Part shown: positions 40,833-51,362 of the stretch, piece by piece | Numbering within the stretch: the first letter of the stretch is position 1 | Layout: each line of letters opens with the position of its first letter | NCBI GenBank assembly: GCA_965219995.1 | Contig: CBDCOX010000002.1 | Span: 4,800,001-4,864,000 of the forward strand | Source of the DNA: Candidatus Latescibacterota bacterium | GTDB lineage: Bacteria > Latescibacterota > UBA2968 > GCA-2709665 | Direction of reading: 5' to 3' | DNA length: 64,000 nt | The notes under the pieces: model-generated | What the model saw: the letters and a program-made list of their open reading frames with translations, nothing else | The model's database searches: none | Told to the model about the DNA's origin: nothing | Program-made: the position numbers and the translations under genes

Positions 40833-41624
40833 TTGAATCTGTTTTCGCTTGAAGGACGGGTCGCGCTGGTGACGGGCGCCGGACGCGGGATCGGGCAGGG
40901 CGTCGCAAAGGGACTCGCGGCCCACGGCGCCAGGTGTGTATTGGCGGCCAGGACCCGTTCCCAGCTCGACGAAACCGCGGCGGCGATCCGGGCGGCGGGA
41001 GGCGACGCGCTGGCGGTGGAGATGGATATGGCGGATCTGGATTCCGTCAGGAGGGGAGTGGAGAAAGCCTGCGCTCACAATGGGCAACCGGACATCCTGG
41101 TAAACAACGCGGGGATGAATATCAGGGAGCCGCTGGACGAGGTCACCGAGGAACATTACGATCACATTATGGCCGTGAATCTGAAGGGGCTGTATTTCCT
41201 GACGCAACTGGCCGCAGGACACATGATCCCGCGAAAGCGCGGAAAAGTGATCAATATCGGTTCCCTTACCACGGGAGTGGCGCTGCACGGCGTGTCGGTC
41301 TACACGGCAACCAAGGGTGCGGTCGGTCAGTTGACGAAGGCGCAGGCGCTGGAACTGGGGCCTCACAATATCCAGGTAAACGCGATCTGCCCCGGTTTTA
41401 TTCTCACGCCTTTGACCGAGAAGCTGTGGTCGGACCCGACGATGCGGGAATGGGGAGAAGGCCGGACCGTCGCGGGACGACTGGGTATCCCGGAAGACCT
41501 GGTGGGAACCGCCGTCTTTCTGGCATCCGCGGCGTCGGACTACGTCACCGGCCAGCACATCTACGTGGACGGTGGATTCATGGCCGGGGAGAAATGGCCG
41601 TTGCCTCCCAAGACGGTACAATAG
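40833..41624 (+). CDS. SDR oxidoreductase (gluconate 5-dehydrogenase-like)
   Basis: TGAGRGIG, DILVNNAG, YTATK, NAICPG, YVTGQ..YVDGG. Confidence 0.93.
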   Translation: MNLFSLEGRVALVTGAGRGIGQGVAKGLAAHGARCVLAARTRSQLDETAAAIRAAGGDALAVEMDMADLDSVRRGVEKACAHNGQPDILVNNAGMNIREPLDEVTEEHYDHIMAVNLKGLYFLTQLAAGHMIPRKRGKVINIGSLTTGVALHGVSVYTATKGAVGQLTKAQALELGPHNIQVNAICPGFILTPLTEKLWSDPTMREWGEGRTVAGRLGIPEDLVGTAVFLASAASDYVTGQHIYVDGGFMAGEKWPLPPKTVQ

Positions 41625-41636
41625 AGGCGCGCGCCA

Positions 41637-42254
41637 ATGGATGCTGACAGAATCGAGCGACAGATCGCCTTTATCGTCGAGATCGACAAGCTGAAGCAGG
41701 TGCTCCGGCAGACGTATCTGACCGACGGGAAACGACGGGAGAACGATGCGGAGCATTCCTGGCATCTCGCCGTCATGGCCGTGCTGCTTGCGGAATACGC
41801 CCGGGAAGAAGTGGATTTGATGAGAGTCGTGAAGATGTTGCTGTTTCACGACGTCGTGGAGATCGACGCCGGAGATACCTTCGCCTACGACGAGGCGGCC
41901 CACGCCGACAAGAAGGAAAGGGAAGGGCTTGCGGCTGAGCGGATTTTCAATCTGCTTCCAGGCGATTTGGCCGGGGAGGTATCCGCACTGTGGGAGGAAT
42001 TCGAGGCGTGCGAGACTCCCGAGGCGAAATTCGCGGAAGCGATGGACCGGCTTCAGCCTATCCTGCTGAACTACGGATCGGGCGGGATCGCGTGGCGGGA
42101 GCACAATATCAGTTCGGAACGGGTGATTGCGCGGAATCGACATATCGAAGCGGGTGCGCCGGCCCTGTGGACCTACGTCCGGGGATTGATCGCGCGTGCC
42201 GTGAGCAACGGGTACCTTTCCTCGACAGCCTCTTTGAGGGGACGGGAAACGTAG
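41637..42254 (+). CDS. HD-domain hydrolase
   Basis: RENDAEHSWH, HDVVEIDAGD, LWEEFE...TPEAKFA..MDRLQP. Confidence 0.92.
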   Translation: MDADRIERQIAFIVEIDKLKQVLRQTYLTDGKRRENDAEHSWHLAVMAVLLAEYAREEVDLMRVVKMLLFHDVVEIDAGDTFAYDEAAHADKKEREGLAAERIFNLLPGDLAGEVSALWEEFEACETPEAKFAEAMDRLQPILLNYGSGGIAWREHNISSERVIARNRHIEAGAPALWTYVRGLIARAVSNGYLSSTASLRGRET

Positions 42255-42303
42255 GGTGAATCGGCGGGGCTTGACGGAAGAAATTAAACAGGGGGTTCGG
42301 GTT

Positions 42304-43365
42304 ATGACTCAACAGCACGCGGATGCGATGTGGTTTTACGTGGGCGGCGCCGGGATCGCGGTCTACCGCCTGGACCTGGCGACCGGGGACCTGACGCACC
42401 GGAGCACGGTTTCGGAGGTGAAGAATCCTTCCTTCCAGGCCATCCATCCGTCGAACCGCTTCCTCTATTCTGTGGCTGAAGTCAATGACGGCGGGGCGGT
42501 ACACGCGTTCGAGATCGATCCGGCCACGGGCGGATTGCGGTCGCTGAATCATCAGTCCAGCATGGGCGCCGGGCCGTGCCACGTGAGCGTGGACGCAACC
42601 GGACGGGTCGTCCTGGTGGCGAATTATTCGAGCGGCGGCGTGGCGGCGCTGCCCATCCGGGAGGACGGCAGCCTCGGCGAGGCCGCTTCCGTTTTTCAGC
42701 ACGAGGGTTCCAGCGTAAATCCGGGCAGACAGCAGGGGCCGCACGCGCATTCCATCACCATCGATCCGGGCAATCGATACGCCGTTTCGGCCGATCTTGG
42801 AATCGATAAAGTGCTTGTCTATCAGCTGGATGCGGAGAACGGAACCATAGCGGCCAACGATCCTTCATCTGTGGACGTCCAGGCGGGCGCCGGGCCCAGG
42901 CACTTCGCGTTCCATCCGAACCGGAAACACGCGTACCTGATCAACGAACTGGACAACACGGCCGTTGCGTACGCGTATGACGAACGCAATGGGGTCCTGC
43001 AGACGATTCAGGTGATTTCCACGTTGCCGTCCGACTTCACCGATACCAGCTATTGTGCGGACATCCACGTCTCGCCCGACGGGCGCTTCGTCTACGGCTC
43101 CAACCGGGGGCACGACAGTATCGTGATTTTTGAGGTCGACTCAGACGCGGGTACGCTCTCTGTCGTGGACTACGAGTCCACCCGCGGCGAGTTTCCGCGG
43201 AACTTCGCCCTCGATCCCTCCGGACGGTTCCTGTTCGCCGCCAATCAGAATACGGACAACATCGTCACCTATCGAATCGACCGGCAGACGGGAAGACTCA
43301 CGGCGACCGGCCAGCAGGTGGAAACGCCGCAGCCGGTCTGCATCAACATGATCCCCGCTGAGTAG
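42304..43365 (+). CDS. Lactonase family (6-phosphogluconolactonase-like) beta-propeller
   Basis: NPSF, GPCHV, VANYSSG, RQQGPHAH, DLGID, GPRHFAFHP, YGSNRGHDSI, PRNF. Confidence 0.92.
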   Translation: MTQQHADAMWFYVGGAGIAVYRLDLATGDLTHRSTVSEVKNPSFQAIHPSNRFLYSVAEVNDGGAVHAFEIDPATGGLRSLNHQSSMGAGPCHVSVDATGRVVLVANYSSGGVAALPIREDGSLGEAASVFQHEGSSVNPGRQQGPHAHSITIDPGNRYAVSADLGIDKVLVYQLDAENGTIAANDPSSVDVQAGAGPRHFAFHPNRKHAYLINELDNTAVAYAYDERNGVLQTIQVISTLPSDFTDTSYCADIHVSPDGRFVYGSNRGHDSIVIFEVDSDAGTLSVVDYESTRGEFPRNFALDPSGRFLFAANQNTDNIVTYRIDRQTGRLTATGQQVETPQPVCINMIPAE

Positions 43366-43374
43366 AACCGCCGG

Positions 43375-43420
43375 AACACCCGCAGCACGGAACGAAACAC
43401 CTGAGCTGCGGGTGTTTTTT
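43375..43420 (+). terminator. Intrinsic terminator
   Basis: aacacccgcagc...gctgcgggtgtt followed by a T run. Confidence 0.7.
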
Positions 43421-43438
43421 GTGGAGCGACGGCAGGCC

Positions 43439-45004
43439 ATGAACATCGGCACGCTGCTGACGAAATCCGCGCGCACGTTTCCGGAGAATCTGGCCGTGGC
43501 GTGCGGTCCCGGGCGGTGGACCTACGCCCTGTTCAACGAGCGCGTGAACAGGCTGGCGCACGCATTTGGCAGACTGGGCGTCCGCCGCGGAGACCACGTC
43601 GCCATACTGATGCAGAATCTCCCGGAAATGCTTGAGTCCATGTTCGCGTGTTTCAAGGTCGGCGCCGCGGCCGTGCCGATCAATTTCCGTCTGCATCCCA
43701 ATGAATACACGTTTGTCATCGACCATTCGGAATCTGAACTGGTTATCATCTCTTCCGAATTCAACGCGCCGGTCTCGCAGATCAGGGAGCGCCTGCCCCG
43801 CGTCCGAAACGTCGTCACCATCGCGGATGCACACGAGGGAATGCTGGACTATGAGACGTTGATTCGAGCGGAAAGCGCCGGATTTGACGATGCGGATGTG
43901 GGGCCCGACGACGTGGCGTGGGTGTTCTACACGTCCGGAACCACGGCTCAGCCAAAGGGGGCGCTCCTGACGCACCGCAATCTGCTGGCGATGACGATGA
44001 ACTTCTATTCGGACATCTGCCAAGGTTTCGGTCCGGACGACGTGGCCCTTCACGCGGCGCCGCTGTCCCACGGGAGCGGCCTGTACGCCCTGCCCAACGT
44101 CGGCAAGGCCGCGGCCAACGTCATTCCGGAGACTGTATCGTTTGACGTCGAGAACGTCCTGGAGGCGATCGAGAGGTATCGTGTAACGAACATGTTCGCG
44201 GCGCCGACGATGGTCAAACGTATGGCCGAGAGCCCTGCGCTGCACCGGTACGATATTCGATCGCTGAAGATCCTCAACTACGGTGGCGGACCGATGCTGG
44301 CCGATGACCTGCGCGTTGCCATCGAAAAGCTGGGGTCGTGCCTGGTGCAGCTGTACGGCCAGGGCGAGTCTCCAATGACGATCACCTGCCTGCCACACCG
44401 CGACCACGTCCTGAACGGCACCCCGCAACAGACGAAGCGACTCAGTTCGGTGGGGTTTGCGCGAACGGACGTCGAGATCAGAATCCTGGACGGTGAGGAC
44501 TACGAACTCCCGTCGGGAGACATCGGCCAGATCGTAACGCGCTCGGACCTGGTCATGAAAGGTTACTGGCGCAATCCCGACGCCACAGCGGCCGCCCTGA
44601 AAGACGGTTGGCTGCACACGGGCGACGTGGGGTACATGGATGAAGAAGGCTATGTTTTTCTCCTGGATCGTTCCAAAGACCTGATCATCAGCGGGGGTGA
44701 GAATATCTACCCGCGGGAGATCGAAGAGGTACTCATACGGCATCCCGCCGTATTGGAGGTTGCGGTCATCGGCGTGCCGCATCCGGAGTGGGGCGAGGCC
44801 GTCAAGGCGGTTGTCGTGAAGGAGCCCGGGCGCGACGTATCGGGCGAGGAGCTGATCGAGTTCTGCAAGGGCCGGATCGCGAGTTTCAAGAAACCGGAGT
44901 CCGTGGATTTCGTGGAGGAGTTGCCGAAGAACAACTACGGCAAGATCGTGAAGAATCTAATCAGGGCGCCGTATTGGGGCGGCAGACAGAGCCAGGTGAT
45001 CTGA
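43439..45004 (+). CDS. AMP-dependent acyl-CoA synthetase
   Basis: YTSGTTAQPKG, YGQGE, GWLHTGD, DRSKDLIISGGENIYPREIE, LPKNNYGKI. Confidence 0.94.
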   Translation: MNIGTLLTKSARTFPENLAVACGPGRWTYALFNERVNRLAHAFGRLGVRRGDHVAILMQNLPEMLESMFACFKVGAAAVPINFRLHPNEYTFVIDHSESELVIISSEFNAPVSQIRERLPRVRNVVTIADAHEGMLDYETLIRAESAGFDDADVGPDDVAWVFYTSGTTAQPKGALLTHRNLLAMTMNFYSDICQGFGPDDVALHAAPLSHGSGLYALPNVGKAAANVIPETVSFDVENVLEAIERYRVTNMFAAPTMVKRMAESPALHRYDIRSLKILNYGGGPMLADDLRVAIEKLGSCLVQLYGQGESPMTITCLPHRDHVLNGTPQQTKRLSSVGFARTDVEIRILDGEDYELPSGDIGQIVTRSDLVMKGYWRNPDATAAALKDGWLHTGDVGYMDEEGYVFLLDRSKDLIISGGENIYPREIEEVLIRHPAVLEVAVIGVPHPEWGEAVKAVVVKEPGRDVSGEELIEFCKGRIASFKKPESVDFVEELPKNNYGKIVKNLIRAPYWGGRQSQVI

Positions 45005-45026
45005 CCGGTTGTCGAGGCGATGTGAG

Positions 45027-46292
45027 ATGATCAGGAAACGAAGACTCGGACGCGGTGTGGCCATGGTGGGCGCGGGCATGTCGGCGTTCGGCATGTTTCG
45101 GGAAAGGGATTCCAGGGATCTCTTCATCGACGCTTTTCGCGCCATGACCGCGTCGGTGGACAGGGGTCTGGATCCCGGCGATATCGACGCGCTGTACATC
45201 GGCAATTTCACCAACGATTTCTTCACGGGTCAATCCCACTGGGGCGCCATCCTCGTCGACGCGCTGGGCCTGGTCCCCCGGCCGGCAACGCGCACCGAGG
45301 GCGCGTGCGCCTCCAGCGCGATCGCCTTCCGCGAGGGCGTTTTTGCCATCGCGTCGGGATTCTACGATATGGTCCTGGTGGGCGGCGTGGAGGATATGTC
45401 AAAACGCTCCACGGCCGACGTGGCAGAGGGCCTGGCATCGGCGGCGGTCCCCTATGAAAGAAAGTCCGGCTTTACCTTTCCCGGGGTATTCGGCGCGATC
45501 GCGACGGCGTATTTCCACAGGTACGGCGCAACGCGCGAGCACCTGATGGACGTGACCATCAAGAGCCACGAGAATGCCCCGTTGAACCCGAAAGCGCAGT
45601 TCCAGGCGTCGATCGCCGACATCATGGAATCCAGGGTGGCGCGCGCCAGGGAAAGCGGTGCGGCCGTGCCCGAGTGGACGGACGAGAAAGACTTCCTGCG
45701 AGACCCCGGTGTCAACCCGCCGGTCGCGTGGCCCATGCATCTGTTCGATTGCTGTCCCATCAGCGACGGGGCGGGCTGTATCCTGCTGGTCGGCGAAGAA
45801 ATCGCCAGGCGCTTTACGGACGACCCGCTCTACGTGGTGGGCCTTGGCCAGGGCAGCGGCAGAGGGCTGCACTCAGCGCCGGACCTTACGGGATTCGAAG
45901 CCACGCGCCAGGCCGCAGGGGAAGCCTATTCCATGGCGGATCTCGGGCCTGACGACATACAGTTCGCAGAGGTGCACGACTGTTTTTCCATCGCGGAGAT
46001 CCTCCACGTCGAGGATCTCGGCTTCTTCGGCCCGGGTGAAGGGTATCGGGCGGCGGGTGAAGGCGCGACCCGGCTACAGGGATCTAAGCCCATCAACACG
46101 TCCGGCGGTCTGAAGTGCAAGGGGCATCCCGTCGGAGCGACGGGCATCGCGCAGCTGATCGAGGTATGGGAACAACTGAGGCAACAGGCAGGCGACCGGC
46201 AGGTGCCGAACGGCGATCTTCGCCTGGGCGGGGCCCACAACCTCGGAGGCACGGGCGGCACGAGCACGTTTACGATCCTGGAAAGGCGGTAG
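45027..46292 (+). CDS. SCP2/archaeal-type thiolase family protein
   Basis: EGACASS, NPKAQF, DCCPISDG, AEVHDCFS, NTSGGL..KGHPVGATG, HNLGG. Confidence 0.92.
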   Translation: MIRKRRLGRGVAMVGAGMSAFGMFRERDSRDLFIDAFRAMTASVDRGLDPGDIDALYIGNFTNDFFTGQSHWGAILVDALGLVPRPATRTEGACASSAIAFREGVFAIASGFYDMVLVGGVEDMSKRSTADVAEGLASAAVPYERKSGFTFPGVFGAIATAYFHRYGATREHLMDVTIKSHENAPLNPKAQFQASIADIMESRVARARESGAAVPEWTDEKDFLRDPGVNPPVAWPMHLFDCCPISDGAGCILLVGEEIARRFTDDPLYVVGLGQGSGRGLHSAPDLTGFEATRQAAGEAYSMADLGPDDIQFAEVHDCFSIAEILHVEDLGFFGPGEGYRAAGEGATRLQGSKPINTSGGLKCKGHPVGATGIAQLIEVWEQLRQQAGDRQVPNGDLRLGGAHNLGGTGGTSTFTILERR

Positions 46293-46295
46293 AAG

Positions 46296-46727
46296 TTGGG
46301 AAAGCGGCCCGTCAGCGACTACTGGTACGAACAATACCTCAGCGAGGAAACGCTGATGGGGTCGACATGCCCGCGATGCGGCGCAGTTTACGTACCGCCT
46401 CGACCTCTTTGCGCGGAGTGTCGGAACACGGAGATGAGGTGGACCCGTATGAGCGGCGCCGGACGGCTCGCGGCCTTTACAACCATCTCCATCGGACCGC
46501 CCGCCATGCGGGCCGAGGGCTACGACCGGGACAATCCGTATTGCACGGGTGTCGTCAAGTTGGACGAGGGCCCGAGAATCGCCGCCCGCATCGAAGGCGT
46601 CGACGCACGTAATCCCGATTCCATCAACGTCGGCGCTTTCATGAAAGCGGTTTACCTGCATCGCGGCAGCGGCGAGGGCCGCACGATGCAACTGGCCTTT
46701 CGTCCGATCTGCGACAACGCGCGATAA
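46296..46727 (+). CDS. DUF35 Zn-ribbon/OB-fold protein
   Basis: CPRCG...PPR.LC.EC, SG.G....FT, PY..GVV.L.EGP. Confidence 0.9.
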   Translation: MGKRPVSDYWYEQYLSEETLMGSTCPRCGAVYVPPRPLCAECRNTEMRWTRMSGAGRLAAFTTISIGPPAMRAEGYDRDNPYCTGVVKLDEGPRIAARIEGVDARNPDSINVGAFMKAVYLHRGSGEGRTMQLAFRPICDNAR

Positions 46728-46987
46728 CGCGCACGGATTCCCTGTCTTGGTATGGATAGCCAAATACGGTCCGTACGACTCAGGTTTACGAATGAAGGGA
46801 AAGCATTGCGGCGGTTGGCTCCCGTGGTTATATTTACACGCTTGGCTGTCCTCGCCGATATATCGTCAATTGATTCATCCATAGACGTGTTTTGTTGCGG
46901 TTCCGGAGGCGAGAGTCAGAGCGGCTGACGCCTGGGTTCCAACGGGAGGAACCGATTCCGGATCCGGTAAAAAGGAGACCTACGGAT

Positions 46988-48841
46988 ATGAATCGGACAC
47001 TCAAAGACCTGATGAACGAAAGCTTCGCAGAGCACGCGGATCGGACCGCCGTGCGCGTTCTGAGGCAGTCCGATCAGCAGGGCGAACGGGGGTTGCGCTA
47101 CGTTCCGATGACGTACTCGCAGCTCCGGGAACAGCGGGACAGGCTGGCGTCCGGACTGGCCCGTGCCGGTTACGCGAAGGGCGACCGCGTGGGGATACTG
47201 ACCGACGGCGGTCTGGAGCCGGTGCTGATCTTCCTGGCGGCGGATATGCTGGGGTTGTCTTCCGTGCCGCTTTGCAACAAGCTGCCGGACGATATTCTCA
47301 AGTATATGATCGAACACTCGGGCCTCGAGGTGCTGTTCCTGGACAGCAGGAGCGGGGAACAGGTGGACCGGATACTTCCAGGTCTGGCGAAGTCCCCGAA
47401 ACTGATCCTGACGGAGGGCCATTCCGGTGAGGTCCGGTCGTTTTTCGCGCTGGTGCAGGATGGCGCGGAGGCGCCTCCGCCCGACGTGGAAATCTACCCG
47501 GACGACGAGTCGAAAGTGGTCTATACATCGGGTTCGTCGGGTCTGCCCAAGGGCGTGGTACAGACCCATCGAAACCTGGTCGACAACGTGAGGTCGGTAT
47601 GGGACGGGATCTCCCGTCGCGAACAACCCGTTCTGTTCAAGTCCGCTCCGGATTACCATACGATGGGTATCCTGAACATCTACTATCCCCTCATCAAGGG
47701 CTGGACGCTGGATCTCGCGCGATCACCCGATCGGGTGCTGGTGGACATCCGTTATTCGGAGCCCCACGGCTTCCTGACGGTGCCGCTGATCCTCGACAAG
47801 GTTTACGGAAACGTCCGTAAGGAGATCGACGCGGGCGGGGTCAAGGGCAAGCTGGTTGAGCGTGCGGTCCGCGCCAAAAGAAACATCACGCGGGGCGAGG
47901 CTTCCATCTCCGACAAAGCGGTGTATGGACTGATCGGGAAGAAGGTTGTGGCGGCGATAAAGGAGAAGCTGTCCCAGCGCGTTGGCGGAAGGCTGGAGCT
48001 TCTGATCGTGGGTTCCGCCAAGGCGGACCCGGAGGCGCTGGACTTCTTTCAGGACGTACTGGATATCACCTCGCTGGAAGGATACGGAACAACCGAGTGC
48101 TGTCCGCTGATCGCGGTCAATACGCTGGACGTCCAGAAGACCGGTACCGTGGGAAGGCCTCTGCAGGAGGTGAAGCTGGTGACCGAGGAGGGTGAGGAGG
48201 TGGGGTCCGGCGATCCGAGCACACACACGTACCGGGACAGTGGCGGCAAAGAGGGAGAACTCTGGGTGCACGGGTCCCACGTGATGCGCAAATATCTCAA
48301 CGATCCCGATCGTACCGCGGAGACGCTGGTGAAGGACGATGCCGGAAAGACGTGGTATCGGACCGGCGATCTCTTCAGCATCGACGGTGACGGGTATTTG
48401 ACGTTCCGTGGACGGCTGGGGCGCCAGTTCAAATTGAGCAACGGGGAATTCGTGAATCCCGAGCTGCTCGAACGACTGTACGCAAGGGTACCGCTTGTCG
48501 AACACGTGATCATCTACGGCGATCAGAGCGGTTCCTTTCCCATGCCGGTTGTCACGGTAAACGTTGAGGAGGCACGGACGTTGTCCGACTTTACCGATCT
48601 ACCCGATGACGATGACGACGTGCGCAGGCATTCGGGCGTGGCGGAACGGTTGCGGGAACTCCTGCTGAACGAGGCGACCGCCGCCGGTTTGCCCGGACAT
48701 GAGCGTCCCCAGAGGGTGCTGGTGCTGCCGGACGCGCTGAGCGAGGAGGCGGGTACGCTGACGAGGGGTCTGAAGAAGGTGGTTCCCGGGGCGATTCTGG
48801 AACAGTACCGGGACAGCGTGGAGGCGGCGTACTCCAGTTAG
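46988..48841 (+). CDS. Long-chain fatty acyl-CoA synthetase (AMP-binding)
   Basis: YTSGSSGLPKGV..TH.N, EGYGTTE, WYRTGD, KLSNGEFVNPE, LT..LK; SD aaggag. Confidence 0.9.
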   Translation: MNRTLKDLMNESFAEHADRTAVRVLRQSDQQGERGLRYVPMTYSQLREQRDRLASGLARAGYAKGDRVGILTDGGLEPVLIFLAADMLGLSSVPLCNKLPDDILKYMIEHSGLEVLFLDSRSGEQVDRILPGLAKSPKLILTEGHSGEVRSFFALVQDGAEAPPPDVEIYPDDESKVVYTSGSSGLPKGVVQTHRNLVDNVRSVWDGISRREQPVLFKSAPDYHTMGILNIYYPLIKGWTLDLARSPDRVLVDIRYSEPHGFLTVPLILDKVYGNVRKEIDAGGVKGKLVERAVRAKRNITRGEASISDKAVYGLIGKKVVAAIKEKLSQRVGGRLELLIVGSAKADPEALDFFQDVLDITSLEGYGTTECCPLIAVNTLDVQKTGTVGRPLQEVKLVTEEGEEVGSGDPSTHTYRDSGGKEGELWVHGSHVMRKYLNDPDRTAETLVKDDAGKTWYRTGDLFSIDGDGYLTFRGRLGRQFKLSNGEFVNPELLERLYARVPLVEHVIIYGDQSGSFPMPVVTVNVEEARTLSDFTDLPDDDDDVRRHSGVAERLRELLLNEATAAGLPGHERPQRVLVLPDALSEEAGTLTRGLKKVVPGAILEQYRDSVEAAYSS

Positions 48842-48885
48842 GGAACGCTTCCCGATACGTAAACTCCGTATAGAGGAGCATTCGA

Positions 48886-49929
48886 ATGCCGGTCTTCTCC
48901 GCCGAAGAGCTGCGCCGGATAGGGCGGGACATCTACGAGCGCGCCGGCGCCACCTCAGACGAAGCCGAAACGGTCGCGGGGCAGCTGGTGGAGTCCAGCC
49001 TGTCCGGCCACGACTCCCATGGCGTGCTACGCCTGCCGCAATACGTGGCGGGCGTGGCGTCCGGGCAGATTGTACCCGGCGCCGTGGTCGAGGTGGAGCG
49101 GGAGACGCCCGCAACGGCCGTCTTGAACGGGAACTGGGGGTTCGGACACGTGACGGCGGTGGCGGCGATGAACGTTGCCGTTCGAAAGGCCCGCGAGGCC
49201 TCCGTGGGGCTGGTCACGGTTCACCGGTGCAACCACGTCGGCCGGCTTGGCGCTTTTTCGCCGCTGGCCGCCGAAGCGGACATGATCGGCCTGCTGGCGA
49301 ATAACGGACACGGGGCCGATCTGGCGATGCCCCCGTCGGGCGGGATCGGCCGGATACTGCCCGCGAACTGTCTGGCGGTGGCGTGTCCGTCCGCGGGGGA
49401 ATTCCCGATCGCGCTCGACTTCACCACCGCGGTGGCGGCAGGCGGCAAGGTTCGCGTGACCCTGGCAAAGGGAGAACGGATGCCCGACGGCTGGATGATC
49501 GACCATCGGGGGTATCCGACGAACGATCCCCGGGAGTATATGACGGAGCCGAAAGGGGCATTGCTGCCGTTCGGCGGGCCCGTGGCCCATAAGGGATACG
49601 GGCTGGCCTTCGTCATCGACATCCTCTCGGGCGCCCTGTCGCCGGCCGGTTGTTCCCGGGAGAATTCGAAGGAAACCGGCAATGCGCTTTTCGTGCAGGC
49701 GATCAACATCGAAGCGTTTCAGCCGCTGGACGCGTTCAAGGCTGAGGTCAAACGGTTCGTCGACTACGTGAAGTCGGCCAAACCGGCGCCGGGGTCGGAC
49801 GAAGTGCTGGTGCCCGGAGAGCGTTCGTGGCGCACCAGGAAGGAGCGTTCGAAGTCCGGCATCCCCGTCCAGGACGCGACGTGGGCGCAGATTGTGGAGA
49901 CGGGCAGGAAAGTGGGTCTGAAGTTGTAA
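48886..49929 (+). CDS. Ldh_2 (malate/L-lactate/sulfolactate dehydrogenase-like) oxidoreductase
   Basis: GHDSHG, NHVGRLG, A.GK, G.PT.DP, LLPFGG..AHKGYGL, V.VPGE. Confidence 0.92.
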   Translation: MPVFSAEELRRIGRDIYERAGATSDEAETVAGQLVESSLSGHDSHGVLRLPQYVAGVASGQIVPGAVVEVERETPATAVLNGNWGFGHVTAVAAMNVAVRKAREASVGLVTVHRCNHVGRLGAFSPLAAEADMIGLLANNGHGADLAMPPSGGIGRILPANCLAVACPSAGEFPIALDFTTAVAAGGKVRVTLAKGERMPDGWMIDHRGYPTNDPREYMTEPKGALLPFGGPVAHKGYGLAFVIDILSGALSPAGCSRENSKETGNALFVQAINIEAFQPLDAFKAEVKRFVDYVKSAKPAPGSDEVLVPGERSWRTRKERSKSGIPVQDATWAQIVETGRKVGLKL

Positions 49930-50017
49930 GAGTTTACGGGCTGTGGAATCCGACAGCCGGAAACAAGCCGTTAGCGGATGCGGTCGCGTAACGGGAACCG
50001 TAAGGAGGTTGTGGGAA

Positions 50018-51352
50018 GTGTCCGACGAAATTCGATCCAGAGCCGAGGGCGCCCGGGCCGCGGCATTGCAGTTGAGCAACGCATCCGAGGGGGAACGGAA
50101 CGCGGCGCTGGAGGCGATCGCGCGGGGTCTCGAGGCCAATGCGGCCGCCATTGTGGAGGCAAACCGGCGGGACCTGGACGCGGCGGAACGCATGCTGGCC
50201 GAAGGCAGGCTGACGGACGCGCTGGTGGGGCGGCTGAGGGTGGATACAGCCAAGCTGCGCAATGAAATCGTGCCCGGTGTTCGCAGCGTGAAAGCGCAGG
50301 TGGACCCCATTGGCCGCACCCTCGCCGCAACCGAGATGGACAGGGACTTGAAACTCTACCGGGTATCCGTCCCGATCGGCGTGGTAGGGATTGTGTTCGA
50401 ATCACGGCCTGACGCGCTCGTGCAGATTGCCACGCTTTGCATGAAGTCGGGCAACGCGGCGCTGCTGAAGGGGGGCAGCGAGGCGTTTCATACCAATCGC
50501 GCGCTGGCGAACATCCTCATTGCGTCGACAAGGGGCCTGCCCGGCATTCCGGACGGGTGGATGCATCTGATGGAGGCGCGGGAGGACGTGCAGGCCATCC
50601 TCGATCTGCACCATCTGATCGACCTGATCATTCCCCGGGGCGGCAACGCGCTTGTCCAGCACATTATGCGCAATACCAGAATCCCGGTGATGGGGCACGC
50701 CGACGGCATCTGTCACGTGTACGTGCACGCGATGGCGGATCTCGAGAAAGCCGGGCGGATCTGCCTGGATGCCAAGACCCAGTATCCCTCCGCGTGCAAT
50801 GCGGCGGAAACGTTGCTGGTAGACAGCGAAATCGCGGGTGACTTCCTGCCGGAAATGGTGGAGATTTACCAGCGTAACGGCGTCGAGGTGCGGGGAGACG
50901 ATCCGACGCGGGCGCTTGCAGGCGGCGCACTGGACCTGGCGACGGAGGAGGATTGGGGAACGGAATACCTCGACATGGTGATCTCCGTCAAAGTGGTGAA
51001 CGGCATTCGGGAAGCGGTCGAACATATCAACCGCTACAGCAGTCACCATACCGATGCGATTGTGACGGAAGACAGGGCGGCGGCGTCAAGGTTCCTGCGC
51101 GAGGTGGATTCCGCGTCCGCGCTCCACAACGCGTCGACCCGGTTTGCGGACGGGTTCCGATATGGACTGGGCGCCGAGGTGGGCATCAGCACCAACCGGC
51201 TGCACAGCCGGGGGCCCGTCGGTCTCGAAGGCCTGGTGATTTACAAGTACATCATTGAGGGGGACGGGCAGATTGCGGGAGATTACCTTGGAGAAGACGC
51301 CAGGGCGTTTACCCATCGCCCGCTCGCCGAGACCTGGACACCCGAAAGCTGA
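50018..51352 (+). CDS. proA: Glutamate-5-semialdehyde dehydrogenase
   Basis: VPIGVVGIVFESRP, KSGNA..LKGG.EA, DLIIPRGG..LV, GICHVY, SACNA.ETLL, NASTRFADG..YGLGAEVGIST..LH.RGPVGLE. Confidence 0.96.
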   Translation: MSDEIRSRAEGARAAALQLSNASEGERNAALEAIARGLEANAAAIVEANRRDLDAAERMLAEGRLTDALVGRLRVDTAKLRNEIVPGVRSVKAQVDPIGRTLAATEMDRDLKLYRVSVPIGVVGIVFESRPDALVQIATLCMKSGNAALLKGGSEAFHTNRALANILIASTRGLPGIPDGWMHLMEAREDVQAILDLHHLIDLIIPRGGNALVQHIMRNTRIPVMGHADGICHVYVHAMADLEKAGRICLDAKTQYPSACNAAETLLVDSEIAGDFLPEMVEIYQRNGVEVRGDDPTRALAGGALDLATEEDWGTEYLDMVISVKVVNGIREAVEHINRYSSHHTDAIVTEDRAAASRFLREVDSASALHNASTRFADGFRYGLGAEVGISTNRLHSRGPVGLEGLVIYKYIIEGDGQIAGDYLGEDARAFTHRPLAETWTPES

Positions 51353-51362
51353 GGGTTTTTCA

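Noticed and set aside
50018-51352. proA without adjacent proB
   Set aside because: Unlinked proA and proB are common; proB may lie elsewhere in the genome.
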